Shown piece after piece: positions 1 through 8,936 of a stretch of DNA of 30,392 bases. Under the pieces are notes generated by a model. The model saw only the letters and a program-made list of their open reading frames with translations. It made no database searches and was not told where the DNA came from. Numbering within the stretch: the stretch's first letter is position 1; each line of letters begins with the position of its first letter. The position numbers and the translations under genes were made by a program. Source of the stretch: Deltaproteobacteria bacterium (GTDB taxonomy: Bacteria > Myxococcota_A > UBA9160 > SMWR01); assembly GCA_032128375.1 (NCBI GenBank), contig JAQBGU010000110.1, positions 1-30,392 of the forward strand. The letters are read 5' to 3'.

Positions 1-321
1 CGATCTCCGACCTTCCGATCTCCGATCGTATCGGGAAGCTACGAACAGGCAGGAATCACACGCGTTGATGATCATAGCCTCGTGAATGCTGCGGGGTAAA
101 TCAAACAGCGGGCGATCATCGAACAAAATGTGGTTATCGGAAATTTAGTGGGGGATGTGAATCCATGCCTACTCAGAGGCAAGTGCCCCATTCTGCGCGA
201 CCCGAGATCGGTCGGGCGACGACGGGGAAGCTGTCGTCGCGCAGCAACGAACGCGCAACTAGCTGGCGAACCCATCGGATTCGCTTTACGGCGTCGGACT
301 GACCCGGCCTGGGTCGGCCTG

Positions 322-1716
322 CTAGCCGCTGGTTCGTCGCGACAGCGCTCGCGCATCCAGTTCGCGGCGCATCTCCGCGTGAACTTCTCGGGTCAACTGG
401 AAACGCCGGAACACCCAGGTACCGGCTCCGTAGACCAACAGCGGGATACCGGACATCAGTACGCGGATCGCGAGTTCCACGTCTTCAGGTTGCTCGCCTC
501 CGGCCACATAGCCGGTCGCACTCAACGCCAGGCCTGCCAACATGCCGGAGATGCCCGTCGCCGTCTTCGCGGCAAAGTGCCAGGCGGCGAAGTAGACACC
601 TTCTTTGCGCTCATCCGTTTGGAGCTCTGCGAAATCAATTACGTCGGCCTGCATCGAAGGAAACAACACGTCGAGCCCGCCGACGGCCACTCCGGCGATC
701 GCGGCCACGATCAATACCCACATGAAGTCGCCTTCACCCAGGAACCCCATCGAGAACAGTGCACCGCCAACCACGCACATCGCGATCATCAGCAGCGGTT
801 TCTTGTCGAAGCGCTGCCCCAGTGAGATCCACAATGGGATCGAGAGCAGCGATGTCGCGAACAACAATCCCATCATCGGAGCCAGCGAACCGGGTTCGTT
901 GAGGATGTACTCCGCGTAGTACGCGGCCATGAACGTGATCGCACCGACACCGATCTGCTGGAGAAAGAACACCCCCAGCAGCACGCGCGCGTGCGGGTTG
1001 CCTAACACCTCTCGGAAGGCTCCAAATGGCTCGCTGCTGCCTCGCCCCTGATAGTCCGGCCGCTCGCGAATGAAGATTCCGGTGAACAGCATGCTGACAG
1101 CGGTAACAACCGCCGCAATCGCCGCAAATTGTCGCGCATCGCTGCGCGGATCCGCAGCCGAAGAAAGTGACGCGATCGCCCCGAATACCAGCAGCGCCCC
1201 GACACCGAAAAACGCCCGACGAATACCGAAGATCCGGTTGCGGTCCTCATAACCATCGGAGAGCTCCGCAGCCAACGCGTCGTGCGGCATGTTGAAAATC
1301 GTCATGCCCGTGTAGAACAGGATCACAGAAGTACCCATCCATAGCGTCAGGCCGTCGGCGGAAAGCGACCGCGGCGGCGCCCACATCAGGTAGAAGATGG
1401 CGGCTACTGGAATGGCGCCGGCGATCAGCCAGGGTCGTCTCCGGCCGAGCCTCGATCGCGTCCGATCCGACAGGTAGCCGGCGAGCGGATCGGAGACCGC
1501 GTCCCAGATTCGCGACAGGAAAAAAATCAGGCCCATCGCAGCCGGCGCGATTCCCAGTACATCGGTCGAGAACTTCAACAGGTACATGCTGGTCAGCATG
1601 AACATGAAGCCCTGCCCGACCGCAGGCGCACTGAACAGCACGACGGTTCCGACGGGAATGCGTCCGGCGACCGGGCGCGCGACTGAGATCGATTGGACCG
1701 ACGATGCGATACTCAT
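322..1716 (-). CDS. MFS transporter, glycoside-pentoside-hexuronide (GPH/MelB-like) family
   Basis: About 12 hydrophobic segments. GPH motifs RIWDAVSDPLAGYLSDRTRSRLGRRRPW and SMQADVID..E..T.ERKEG.YF. Start moved to ATG 1716 (ATG 1725 is an alternative), just downstream of the P450 stop; the ORF-track extension to 1917 overlaps the P450. Confidence 0.9.
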   Translation of the reverse strand: MSIASSVQSISVARPVAGRIPVGTVVLFSAPAVGQGFMFMLTSMYLLKFSTDVLGIAPAAMGLIFFLSRIWDAVSDPLAGYLSDRTRSRLGRRRPWLIAGAIPVAAIFYLMWAPPRSLSADGLTLWMGTSVILFYTGMTIFNMPHDALAAELSDGYEDRNRIFGIRRAFFGVGALLVFGAIASLSSAADPRSDARQFAAIAAVVTAVSMLFTGIFIRERPDYQGRGSSEPFGAFREVLGNPHARVLLGVFFLQQIGVGAITFMAAYYAEYILNEPGSLAPMMGLLFATSLLSIPLWISLGQRFDKKPLLMIAMCVVGGALFSMGFLGEGDFMWVLIVAAIAGVAVGGLDVLFPSMQADVIDFAELQTDERKEGVYFAAWHFAAKTATGISGMLAGLALSATGYVAGGEQPEDVELAIRVLMSGIPLLVYGAGTWVFRRFQLTREVHAEMRRELDARALSRRTSG

Positions 1717-1744
1717 CCCGGGCATCCCGGGCGTGCAGATCGGA

Positions 1745-2977
1745 TCAAAACGAAACGGGGAGCGACTGTAGACCGCGCAGCACCAGACCAGGCCGCCACG
1801 ACAGTTCTTCTTCGGCGAGCGCGAGTGCTGGCAGTCGCGTCGCCAGCCGACCCAGCGCGATCTCGCCTTCGAGCCGCGCCAACGGTGCCCCGAGACAGAA
1901 GTGCGCGCCGTGCCCAAACGAAATGTGGCGGGAAACGTCGCGGCCGATGTCGAGACGGTTGGGGTTGTCGAAGCGTGTTGCGTCGCGGTTCGCGGAGCCG
2001 ATTATCAAATTGATCTCGATGCCCTTTGAGAACTTCACGCCGAACAGCTCTAGATCCTCCAGAGGCTGGCGCGACGTCAACTGGACCGGCGCATCGTAGC
2101 GAAGGCACTCCTCGACCGCGCTCGAGGCCAGCCCAGGGTGGAGACGCAGGCGTTCCAGCTGGTCAGGGTGGCGCATCAGCGCCAGCGCGCCGTTACCGAT
2201 CAGGTTTGTGGTGGTTTCGTGGCCAGCGAGCAGCAGCAGGATGCAGTTCGCGACCAACTCGTCGTCGCTCAGCGCAGCGTCGCGATCACCCGCTGCGATC
2301 ATTCGCGAGATCAGGTCCTCGCACGGCTCGCGGCGGCGCTGATCGACCACAGCGCGCAGATACTCGGAGAGATCGGCTGCGCTGTCCGCAGCGGCCGGCA
2401 GCCCGGCTCCGCGCACCGAGCCATCCAAGACGATCGCGATATCGTCCGACCAGGCCTTGAAGCGATCCTGGTCATTGGACGGCACGCCCAACAGCTCGGC
2501 AATCACGATCACCGGCAATGGGGTCGCCAGATCCCGGATGATGTCCATGCGCCGCTCGCCACGCGTCAACACCGCACCGAGGAGGTCGTCCACCACCGAT
2601 TCGACGCGCGCTCTCAATCGCCCGACGATCCGCGGCGTAAATGCTTCGTTCACCAAGACTCTGAGCCGCATATGATCCGGTTCGTCCTTGTTGAGCATCA
2701 TGTGGCTCAGCAACTCTCCGAGACGCCGAAATTTCTCCGGTACTCCGGGCGCCATCATCCCGCCGATTTCACGCGCGGCCGACAGGCGCGAATCACGTAA
2801 TGACGCAACCACGTGTTCGTGTCGAGTCAGCCAGTAGTACTCCCCAGCGGAGTCCTGGCGATACAGGAGTGGATCGTTCTCTCGCAGCCACTGGTAAGTC
2901 GGATACGGGTCGGCCTGGAACGCAGGATCACGAAAATCGAAGTCCCCAAAATTGGAAGCGGGACAGTTGGACGGCAT
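1745..2977 (-). CDS. Cytochrome P450 (CYP107/BioI-like bacterial type)
   Basis: I-helix LLLAGHETT, K-helix EECLR, heme-ligand loop FGHGAHFCLG; RBS AGGAGA upstream. Confidence 0.96.
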   Translation of the reverse strand: MPSNCPASNFGDFDFRDPAFQADPYPTYQWLRENDPLLYRQDSAGEYYWLTRHEHVVASLRDSRLSAAREIGGMMAPGVPEKFRRLGELLSHMMLNKDEPDHMRLRVLVNEAFTPRIVGRLRARVESVVDDLLGAVLTRGERRMDIIRDLATPLPVIVIAELLGVPSNDQDRFKAWSDDIAIVLDGSVRGAGLPAAADSAADLSEYLRAVVDQRRREPCEDLISRMIAAGDRDAALSDDELVANCILLLLAGHETTTNLIGNGALALMRHPDQLERLRLHPGLASSAVEECLRYDAPVQLTSRQPLEDLELFGVKFSKGIEINLIIGSANRDATRFDNPNRLDIGRDVSRHISFGHGAHFCLGAPLARLEGEIALGRLATRLPALALAEEELSWRPGLVLRGLQSLPVSF

Positions 2978-3184
2978 GGATGGTCTCCTCGAGTCGCTCG
3001 ATCACGCAACTCCGCAGTGCAATGCCCGGACCAATGCGCGCACGGCTCGCGGGGTCTTTTCAGAGCAAGAGCGCGCTGGACACCGCAGCATGGGCGCTGC
3101 AGTGACTGCAATCGGATGCACGAGGCGCCGTGAGGCGAAGTGGATTGAAATTGAATAAGGATGAGGAACACGTTGAATCGGAGC

Positions 3185-3228
3185 CAAAGAAAACGCCCGG
3201 ATCCCACTGGTGGGGAGATCCGGGCGTT
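3185..3228 (-). terminator. Intrinsic terminator-like hairpin
   Basis: Perfect 12-bp inverted repeat AACGCCCGGATC (3192-3203) / GATCCGGGCGTT (3217-3228), running into TTTTCTTT on the minus strand. Confidence 0.65.
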
Positions 3229-3397
3229 CCACTCTGGCGGAGCCATGCGGTTTGGTAGGACTCTCGAGGCCAGCTGACGTGGAGCCCCACGCACCGGTCT
3301 CAATGGGGGGGTTCGACCTCATGGGGTTTTCACTTGAGGCTTTTTTGCATTTGTGGCCCACAATCGCGCCTCGCGCACACCGAAGGAGATCCAATCT

Positions 3398-4201
3398 ATG
3401 TCCGAGCCCTCAGTTCTCGTTGCGTCCGATGGCCCGATCATGACCGTCACGTTGAACCGACCTGCGAAGAAGAACGCAGTGAACTGCGAGTCGATGTGTC
3501 GGCTATACGACGCTTGGGTTCGCCTCGACGAGGACGACGAGATTCGCGTCGCAATCCTGACCGGCACCGGGGATACCTTCTGCGCCGGTATGGACCTGTC
3601 CGAAATCGGCAAAATGCAGCAGGGCATCGCTGACAATGAATGGATGGAGCGGGTCAAAAAGGAGCCACACGTCATCTTCGGCGCGTGGCTGAAGACATAC
3701 CGCCCCACGAAGCCGGTGATCCTGGCCGCCGAGGGTTTTGCACGCGCGGGCGGAACCGAAATTCTGCAGGGAACCGACATCCGAGTCGCGGGCGAAAGTG
3801 CCATGTTCGGTGTGACCGAGGTGCTGCGCGGCCTGTTTCCGATGGCGGGCTCCGCGGTGCGGCTGCGGCGCCAGATCGGGTATGCGGTGGCCGCGGAAAT
3901 GCTGCTGGTCGGCGAGGACCTCCCGGCGCGGCGCGCGATGGAGCTGGGCCTGATCAATCACGTGGTGCCCGACGGGCAAGCGCTGACCAAGGCGAACGAG
4001 ATTGCGACGCGCATATCCGAGAACGGTCCGATCGCGGTCAGGAGCATTCTCGCCACGTTGCGAGAGACCGAAATGCTTCCCGAAGCCGACGCATTCGAGA
4101 TCGAAACCCGGCATGGGATGGCCGCGATGGCGTCCAAGGATGCCGTCGAGGGGCCGCGCGCGTTTCTCGAGAAGCGCAAGCCGGTATTTACCGGAAAGTA
4201 A
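3398..4201 (+). CDS. echA19: Enoyl-CoA hydratase/crotonase, EchA19-like
   Basis: Crotonase motifs FCAGMDL and GGTEILQGTDIRVAGESA.FG..E. Long segments (GSAVRL.RQI, HVVPDGQALTKA, NGP.AV, EGPRAF.EKR) match my recollection of actinobacterial EchA19. RBS AAGGAG precedes ATG 3398. Confidence 0.85.
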   Translation: MSEPSVLVASDGPIMTVTLNRPAKKNAVNCESMCRLYDAWVRLDEDDEIRVAILTGTGDTFCAGMDLSEIGKMQQGIADNEWMERVKKEPHVIFGAWLKTYRPTKPVILAAEGFARAGGTEILQGTDIRVAGESAMFGVTEVLRGLFPMAGSAVRLRRQIGYAVAAEMLLVGEDLPARRAMELGLINHVVPDGQALTKANEIATRISENGPIAVRSILATLRETEMLPEADAFEIETRHGMAAMASKDAVEGPRAFLEKRKPVFTGK

Positions 4202-4286
4202 GAGGGAAGTGAATGATACGGGTCAATCGAACGGCTTTGGGACGGTGCCATTCCAAGTACGTTCCCACCCGTAGGGGGGATTGCGG

Positions 4287-5741
4287 GTGAGCGGCTGGGA
4301 TCCGTATCTCGAAGAACTCGAACGCCGTCTGCGGGCGAGTCGCGCGATGGGGGGCCCTGAACGCATCGATCGCCTGATGACGCAACGCGGGAAGCTCGAC
4401 GCGCGCACCCGAATCTCGTTGTTGTTCGACGCGGGCACATTTTCGGAGTTGGGCGCACTGGTCGGTGGTGAGCACACGCCCGCCGATGCGTTGGTTGCGG
4501 GGTTTGGCCGCGTCGAAGGCCGAACCGTGATGGCGGCGGCCGAGGATTTCACGGTGCTAGGCGGCTCGATTGGCTCGGGCTCCATGGCGAAGCGTTATCG
4601 GGTGTGTCAACTCGCGCTGCAGGAGCGGGTCCCGCTGGTCTTCATGCTCGATGGCGCGGGGCACCGACTGACCGATACCGGCGGCGGGCGGACCCCCAAC
4701 GATCTGCTGGGGCTGGCCGACTGTTCGGGAAACGTCCCGATGTTGTGTCTGGTGCTCGGCGCGTCGGCCGGACATGGCGCGTTGACCTCTCCATTGTCGG
4801 ACTTCACCGTGATGACCGAGTCCGCTTCGATGTTCACAGGCGGTCCAACACTGGTCAAAGGCGCACTGGGTATCGATGTGACCAAGGAGGAACTGGGCGG
4901 AGCCAGCGTGTGCGAACGAGCCGGAACCACCCACAACGTCGCGGCGGATGACCCGACGGCGATCGCGCTCGCCCGGCGCTATCTGGCGCACTTCCCGCAG
5001 AGCCGCTGGGACGCCGCCCCAACTCGCAAGGGTCCTGATGCCGGATTGCGAAGACTGGATTCGATCCTGGAACTGATCCCGCCCGAAGACCGCAAGCCGT
5101 ACAAGATGAGTCGCGTACTGACATTGTTATGTGATAGCGGCGACTTCCTGGAGATCCAGCCCGGCTATGGCAAGTCGCTGATCACCGCCCTCGCCTTCCT
5201 GGGCGGACGCGCTGTCGCGATCGTCGCAAACGAACCGTGGGTGCGCGCGGGCGCGGTGGACAGCGCAGCAGCCATCAAAGCCACCGATTTCATCGAGACC
5301 GCCGACCAGTTCGGCCTGCCGCTGGTATTTCTCGCAGACAATCCGGGTGTACTCGCTGGACCACAAGCCGAACGCGACGGCATCTTGAAATGGGGTGGCA
5401 GAATGTTCAAGGCCCAACGTCGCGCCCGGGTCCCGAAACTCCACGTCACGTTGCGCAAATCCTTCGGCTTTGGATCCACGACGATGGCGCAAAACCCGTT
5501 CGATGCGCAGACGCTGACGCTGGCGTTTCCAGCCGTAACGATGGGCTCGATGCCAGCCGGAGCCGGCGGTCGCTCCGCGAACCTCGATGCCGACACCCAG
5601 GCGCAAGCCGAATCCGAGCAGTTCGGCGGACCGTGGGGGATGGCTGCCGGAATGGTCTACGACGATGTCATCGACCCCCGCAATCTGCGCAATGCGCTGA
5701 TCGGCGGCCTCGAGCTTGCGAGCCACCGGACACAGCCCTGA
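4287..5741 (+). CDS. Acyl-CoA carboxylase carboxyltransferase (beta) subunit, PccB/AccD-like
   Basis: GKLDARTRI..LFD.GTF.ELG, DFTVLGGS.G, EELGG, DNPG.L.G..AER.GI and DDVIDPR motifs. GTG 4287 has GGGGGA 6 nt upstream. Confidence 0.9.
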   Translation: MSGWDPYLEELERRLRASRAMGGPERIDRLMTQRGKLDARTRISLLFDAGTFSELGALVGGEHTPADALVAGFGRVEGRTVMAAAEDFTVLGGSIGSGSMAKRYRVCQLALQERVPLVFMLDGAGHRLTDTGGGRTPNDLLGLADCSGNVPMLCLVLGASAGHGALTSPLSDFTVMTESASMFTGGPTLVKGALGIDVTKEELGGASVCERAGTTHNVAADDPTAIALARRYLAHFPQSRWDAAPTRKGPDAGLRRLDSILELIPPEDRKPYKMSRVLTLLCDSGDFLEIQPGYGKSLITALAFLGGRAVAIVANEPWVRAGAVDSAAAIKATDFIETADQFGLPLVFLADNPGVLAGPQAERDGILKWGGRMFKAQRRARVPKLHVTLRKSFGFGSTTMAQNPFDAQTLTLAFPAVTMGSMPAGAGGRSANLDADTQAQAESEQFGGPWGMAAGMVYDDVIDPRNLRNALIGGLELASHRTQP

Positions 5742-5802
5742 CGCCGCGAAGCGCCGGGAGGGTCGATGGACGGTACGCTGGAGTCGACGACTGGAGCCGC
5801 AC

Positions 5803-6660
5803 TCAAGCGCCAGGCAGACGCAATTCGAGATCGGGAAGATTTCCCATCCCCATTTCAGACGGCGTCCGTCCGAGCGCCTCGATGGGATCCCGCAGATCAT
5901 CGATGTAGCCGAGCGCGTAGGCGCCGCGCGCATAACCCATCATACGCAGCAGCGGGTCCGGCAACTCCCGGGCGATTTCCCGCGGTACCGATAGGTACTG
6001 GTTTTCCTCCTGGCGAAGCCAGGCGACGTTGTAGGTGATGTTGATGCCGATGCGGACCGATGCACTTCGGTTCGCGCCGCCCCCGTGGTAGAGCGCGCCG
6101 GAATAGAACAGCACGCTGCCCTGCTCCATCTCCGCGGGTACGGTGTCCGATTGCTGGAAGCGGAGTTTGTCGTCGTAGAGGTGGCTTCCCGGGATGACTC
6201 GTGTGGCACCGTTTCGCTCCGTGAAGTCGGTCGCGGCCCACAGCGTGTTGCATTGCACCTCATACCCCTTCGGAAACGGGAAAAAGTCATACGCCCACTG
6301 GTCGCGATGAATGTCCTGCCCGGACTCCCCAGGTCCGATTGCGATCACCTGTGTGAGATGCAGCTGAAAATTCTTTGCGTGAGCGAGCGCAAGCTTCGTC
6401 GTGCCTACGACGGTCGGGTGCATGACCAATTCGCGGGCTGCCGGCGAGCGCGCAATCAACGCGCCAGTGCGCTTGGTGGACTTGCCGGCGAACGCGTCGG
6501 TTCCGATCTTCGTGGCATCCATGTAGGGCCCGATCTCGTCGCGAAAGCGCGCCAGTAACGCGACATCCGCCAGCTGGTCCACGACCACGCAGCCATCACG
6601 TTCCAACATTTTCGCAACCTGGTCTGGTGTCGCGTCATTTGGAAGATGTTCAATCGCCAT
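5803..6660 (-). CDS. Phytanoyl-CoA dioxygenase (PhyH) family 2OG-Fe(II) oxygenase
   Basis: HRD...H facial triad (DIHRDQ, LYHGGGAN), DFTERNGATRVIPGSH, WLRQEENQYL; RBS GAGGAGG. Confidence 0.92.
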   Translation of the reverse strand: MAIEHLPNDATPDQVAKMLERDGCVVVDQLADVALLARFRDEIGPYMDATKIGTDAFAGKSTKRTGALIARSPAARELVMHPTVVGTTKLALAHAKNFQLHLTQVIAIGPGESGQDIHRDQWAYDFFPFPKGYEVQCNTLWAATDFTERNGATRVIPGSHLYDDKLRFQQSDTVPAEMEQGSVLFYSGALYHGGGANRSASVRIGINITYNVAWLRQEENQYLSVPREIARELPDPLLRMMGYARGAYALGYIDDLRDPIEALGRTPSEMGMGNLPDLELRLPGA

Positions 6661-6761
6661 GCGGTCCTCCTCGTGTGTCGATGTGGTCCTTCGATCTATT
6701 CGTTCGATCTGGGCCTTCGATGCAGTCCTCTGACTGCCCTCTTCCGCTGTAACTCAATGCG

Positions 6762-7625
6762 TCACCCGAACAGCAACAACACGATTGCCAGCAGCAATGC
6801 CCCAACGACGGATGCGGCGATGGCAAATAGACGCCGCCTACCGTTGCTGGAAAGCGACACCTCAGCCTTCCCCTGTTCGTCGAGAATCAGCGCGCTGACC
6901 ATCACGGTCACGTTGTCCGGAGCACCGTTTTTGTTGGCCGCCAACACGAGATGCGGGACCGCCTCCCCGGGTGGAAACTGGCGCAGCGTGTCGGCGATCT
7001 CCAGATCGCCGACCACGCCGTACAGCCCATCGCTGCACAACATCAGACGATCTCCCACCTGAACATCGAGCGCCGCGACTTCGATATTGACGCTCGAGCC
7101 TGCACCCACCGATCGCAAGATCTCATTGCGGCGTGGATGAGAGCCGGCCTGCTCCTCGCTGATCGCGCCTCGCCGGACGAGTTCGCCCACCGTCGAATGA
7201 TCGGCCGTCAGACGCTCGATGCGCTCATCGCGCAGCCGGTAGGCGCGGCTGTCGCCGACGTGAGCCACCCACGCGTCAGTGCCCTTCCCACCGAACAGGA
7301 GCGCAACCACAGTGCTCCCCATACCGGTCAGCTCGATGTCGGCAGAAGCCGCGCCGTAGACCCGCGCGTTTGCCTCGTTGATCGCATCTTCGAGCGTATG
7401 CGAATCCCAGACGGCCGCGGTTTGGAAGTGCTCTTTTACAACCTCGACCAACAGCCGGCTGGCCGTCGACCCCCCCTGGTGACCTCCCATGCCGTCAGCG
7501 ACCAGCATCAGCTGCTCACCGTCCGGGCCGCGAAGCTCCAGGCACGCGTCCTGGTTTTCCTCGCGTACCATTCCGGTATCCGTGAGGCACGCCGTATGGA
7601 TCCGGACTCGACCCGTTTTGCTCAT
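6762..7625 (-). CDS. PP2C/PPM-family Ser/Thr protein phosphatase (Stp1/PrpC-like) with C-terminal membrane anchor
   Basis: TDTG.VREENQD, VADGMGGH, GMGST, HVGDSRAY, LCSDGL and DNVT motifs. C-terminus RRR followed by a ~20-residue hydrophobic helix. Confidence 0.93.
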   Translation of the reverse strand: MSKTGRVRIHTACLTDTGMVREENQDACLELRGPDGEQLMLVADGMGGHQGGSTASRLLVEVVKEHFQTAAVWDSHTLEDAINEANARVYGAASADIELTGMGSTVVALLFGGKGTDAWVAHVGDSRAYRLRDERIERLTADHSTVGELVRRGAISEEQAGSHPRRNEILRSVGAGSSVNIEVAALDVQVGDRLMLCSDGLYGVVGDLEIADTLRQFPPGEAVPHLVLAANKNGAPDNVTVMVSALILDEQGKAEVSLSSNGRRRLFAIAASVVGALLLAIVLLLFG

Positions 7626-7769
7626 CGCAGGTAGACCCGGTTGTCGTCGGTTTCACTCATACTGAACTTCTTCAACTTGTGAATGCGCGGCGGGGTGATG
7701 AACAGCTGACCGCAATTTTATCACTGAACAGGCCCCTCATCCGCTCCCAAGTGTGCTTCGGAAATTCGT

Positions 7770-7982
7770 TCATTCAGCAGTCGCCGGCGCCGACGATCGA
7801 TCAACTCGATGCAGATCGCCGAACTTCGCATGCAGGTAGTCTCGATACGCATCGATGCGAAGCAGGGCGCCGCTGGCGCGCTCGATCAGGGCGTCGACCC
7901 CGTGGCGGTGCACCTTGTCGCGCAGCCAACCGCGCAGCACCCCGCATCGACCGCTCGCGGTCTCACTGGCGATTTCGGGAAA
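7770..7982 (-). pseudogene. Remnant 3' end of an M32 family carboxypeptidase
   Basis: Translates as ...SGRCGVLRGWLRDKVHRHGVDALIERASGALLRIDAYRDYLHAKFGDLH. This resembles the M32 C-terminal pattern G.F..L..WLR..VH.HG.....ELI.RA.G..L....Y..YL..K(F/Y)G.L with a short internal deletion. No upstream gene body is present. Confidence 0.65.
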
Positions 7983-8104
7983 CGATGGGAGCTCGGCTGA
8001 ATTCGAGAGTGCGTTGCAACAACGGCAGCGGTAGAGCATCCGCCCTACCGCACGGTCAACGTCAGCAATGGCTGGACGAAGAGAAAAGTTTCAGAGAAGT
8101 TCGC

Positions 8105-8611
8105 CTAGCTGTCTTCCCCTTGCTCCTCGAGACGCTTGATCTCGGCTTCCTCTTCCGCTGTGATCGGCAGGTAAATCGTGGTGACGCCCAGCGGAGCATC
8201 TTTTCCCATGCCGGGACGGATAACCGAAACGACCTCCGTTTTGGAATCGATGAGTTTCTTGAGCTCCGTCGCGAGCCAGCTCGAATCGTCGACGTCGTTG
8301 AGCATGTTTCCCTGGAAGTTGGATCGAATCTGTGTCATCGACAAGCGCCCGCCGGTGGCCTTCACGGCCAGACTGGTCTGCTTCGTGATCTTGCCCTTAC
8401 AGCCTTCGGGGATCTTGCTCGGGCCGGCCGGAGTGCCTTCCGGCTTCGGGAAGTACTTGCGCATATTGCCCTTTGCGTGCTTCACCTCGATCGTGCCGGA
8501 GTCCGGATCGAACGACTTGATCACGGTGAAGCTCGAGCAGCTGGCGGCTTGTGCTTGGGCGGCACCGAAGAAAAGCGCCGAGAACATCAGGACTGCGACC
8601 CACAACCGCAT
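8105..8611 (-). CDS. Hypothetical exported protein (168 aa)
   Basis: Sec-type signal peptide (MRLWVAVLMFSALFFGAAQAQA), RBS AGAGGAG, coding-like GC3 bias, two Cys, charged C-terminal helix. No family recognised. Confidence 0.8.
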   Translation of the reverse strand: MRLWVAVLMFSALFFGAAQAQAASCSSFTVIKSFDPDSGTIEVKHAKGNMRKYFPKPEGTPAGPSKIPEGCKGKITKQTSLAVKATGGRLSMTQIRSNFQGNMLNDVDDSSWLATELKKLIDSKTEVVSVIRPGMGKDAPLGVTTIYLPITAEEEAEIKRLEEQGEDS

Positions 8612-8722
8612 GGTAAATCTCCTCTATGATGTTGCCTGTCCTAACGGACGGTTGGCCGACTGAGCCGGCATTGACTCAAGGGCATTCGGAAGGTTTGGAC
8701 GTGGATCGATAGCACCTATTCA

Positions 8723-8776
8723 GTCCAATCGATCCTGTCCAATCAATCCTGTCCAATCAATCCAAACCGATCAATC
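8723..8776. repeat. 14-bp tandem repeat, ~3.9 copies
   Basis: GTCCAATCGATCCT GTCCAATCAATCCT GTCCAATCAATCCA AACCGATCAATC. Confidence 0.85.
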
Positions 8777-8936
8777 GGAATTACGTCTCTCCGTTCGGTC
8801 CATCTCGGACCCTTTCAGAGCCCACTTCAGGACGGAGGAATCTACCAAAACTGTCGTCTTCGGCACCTGTCGACCCAAATCCTCGAGGTCATGCGCTGCT
8901 GGATCCCAAAGTTGGCGGCCGAGCTACCCTCCCGAA

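Noticed and set aside
1..30. Short CCGATCT-like repeats at the window start
   Set aside because: Only 3-4 degenerate 7-mers cut by the window edge; cannot be interpreted.
8723..8776. Possible CRISPR array
   Set aside because: Units are 14 bp and contiguous, with no spacers and no cas genes.
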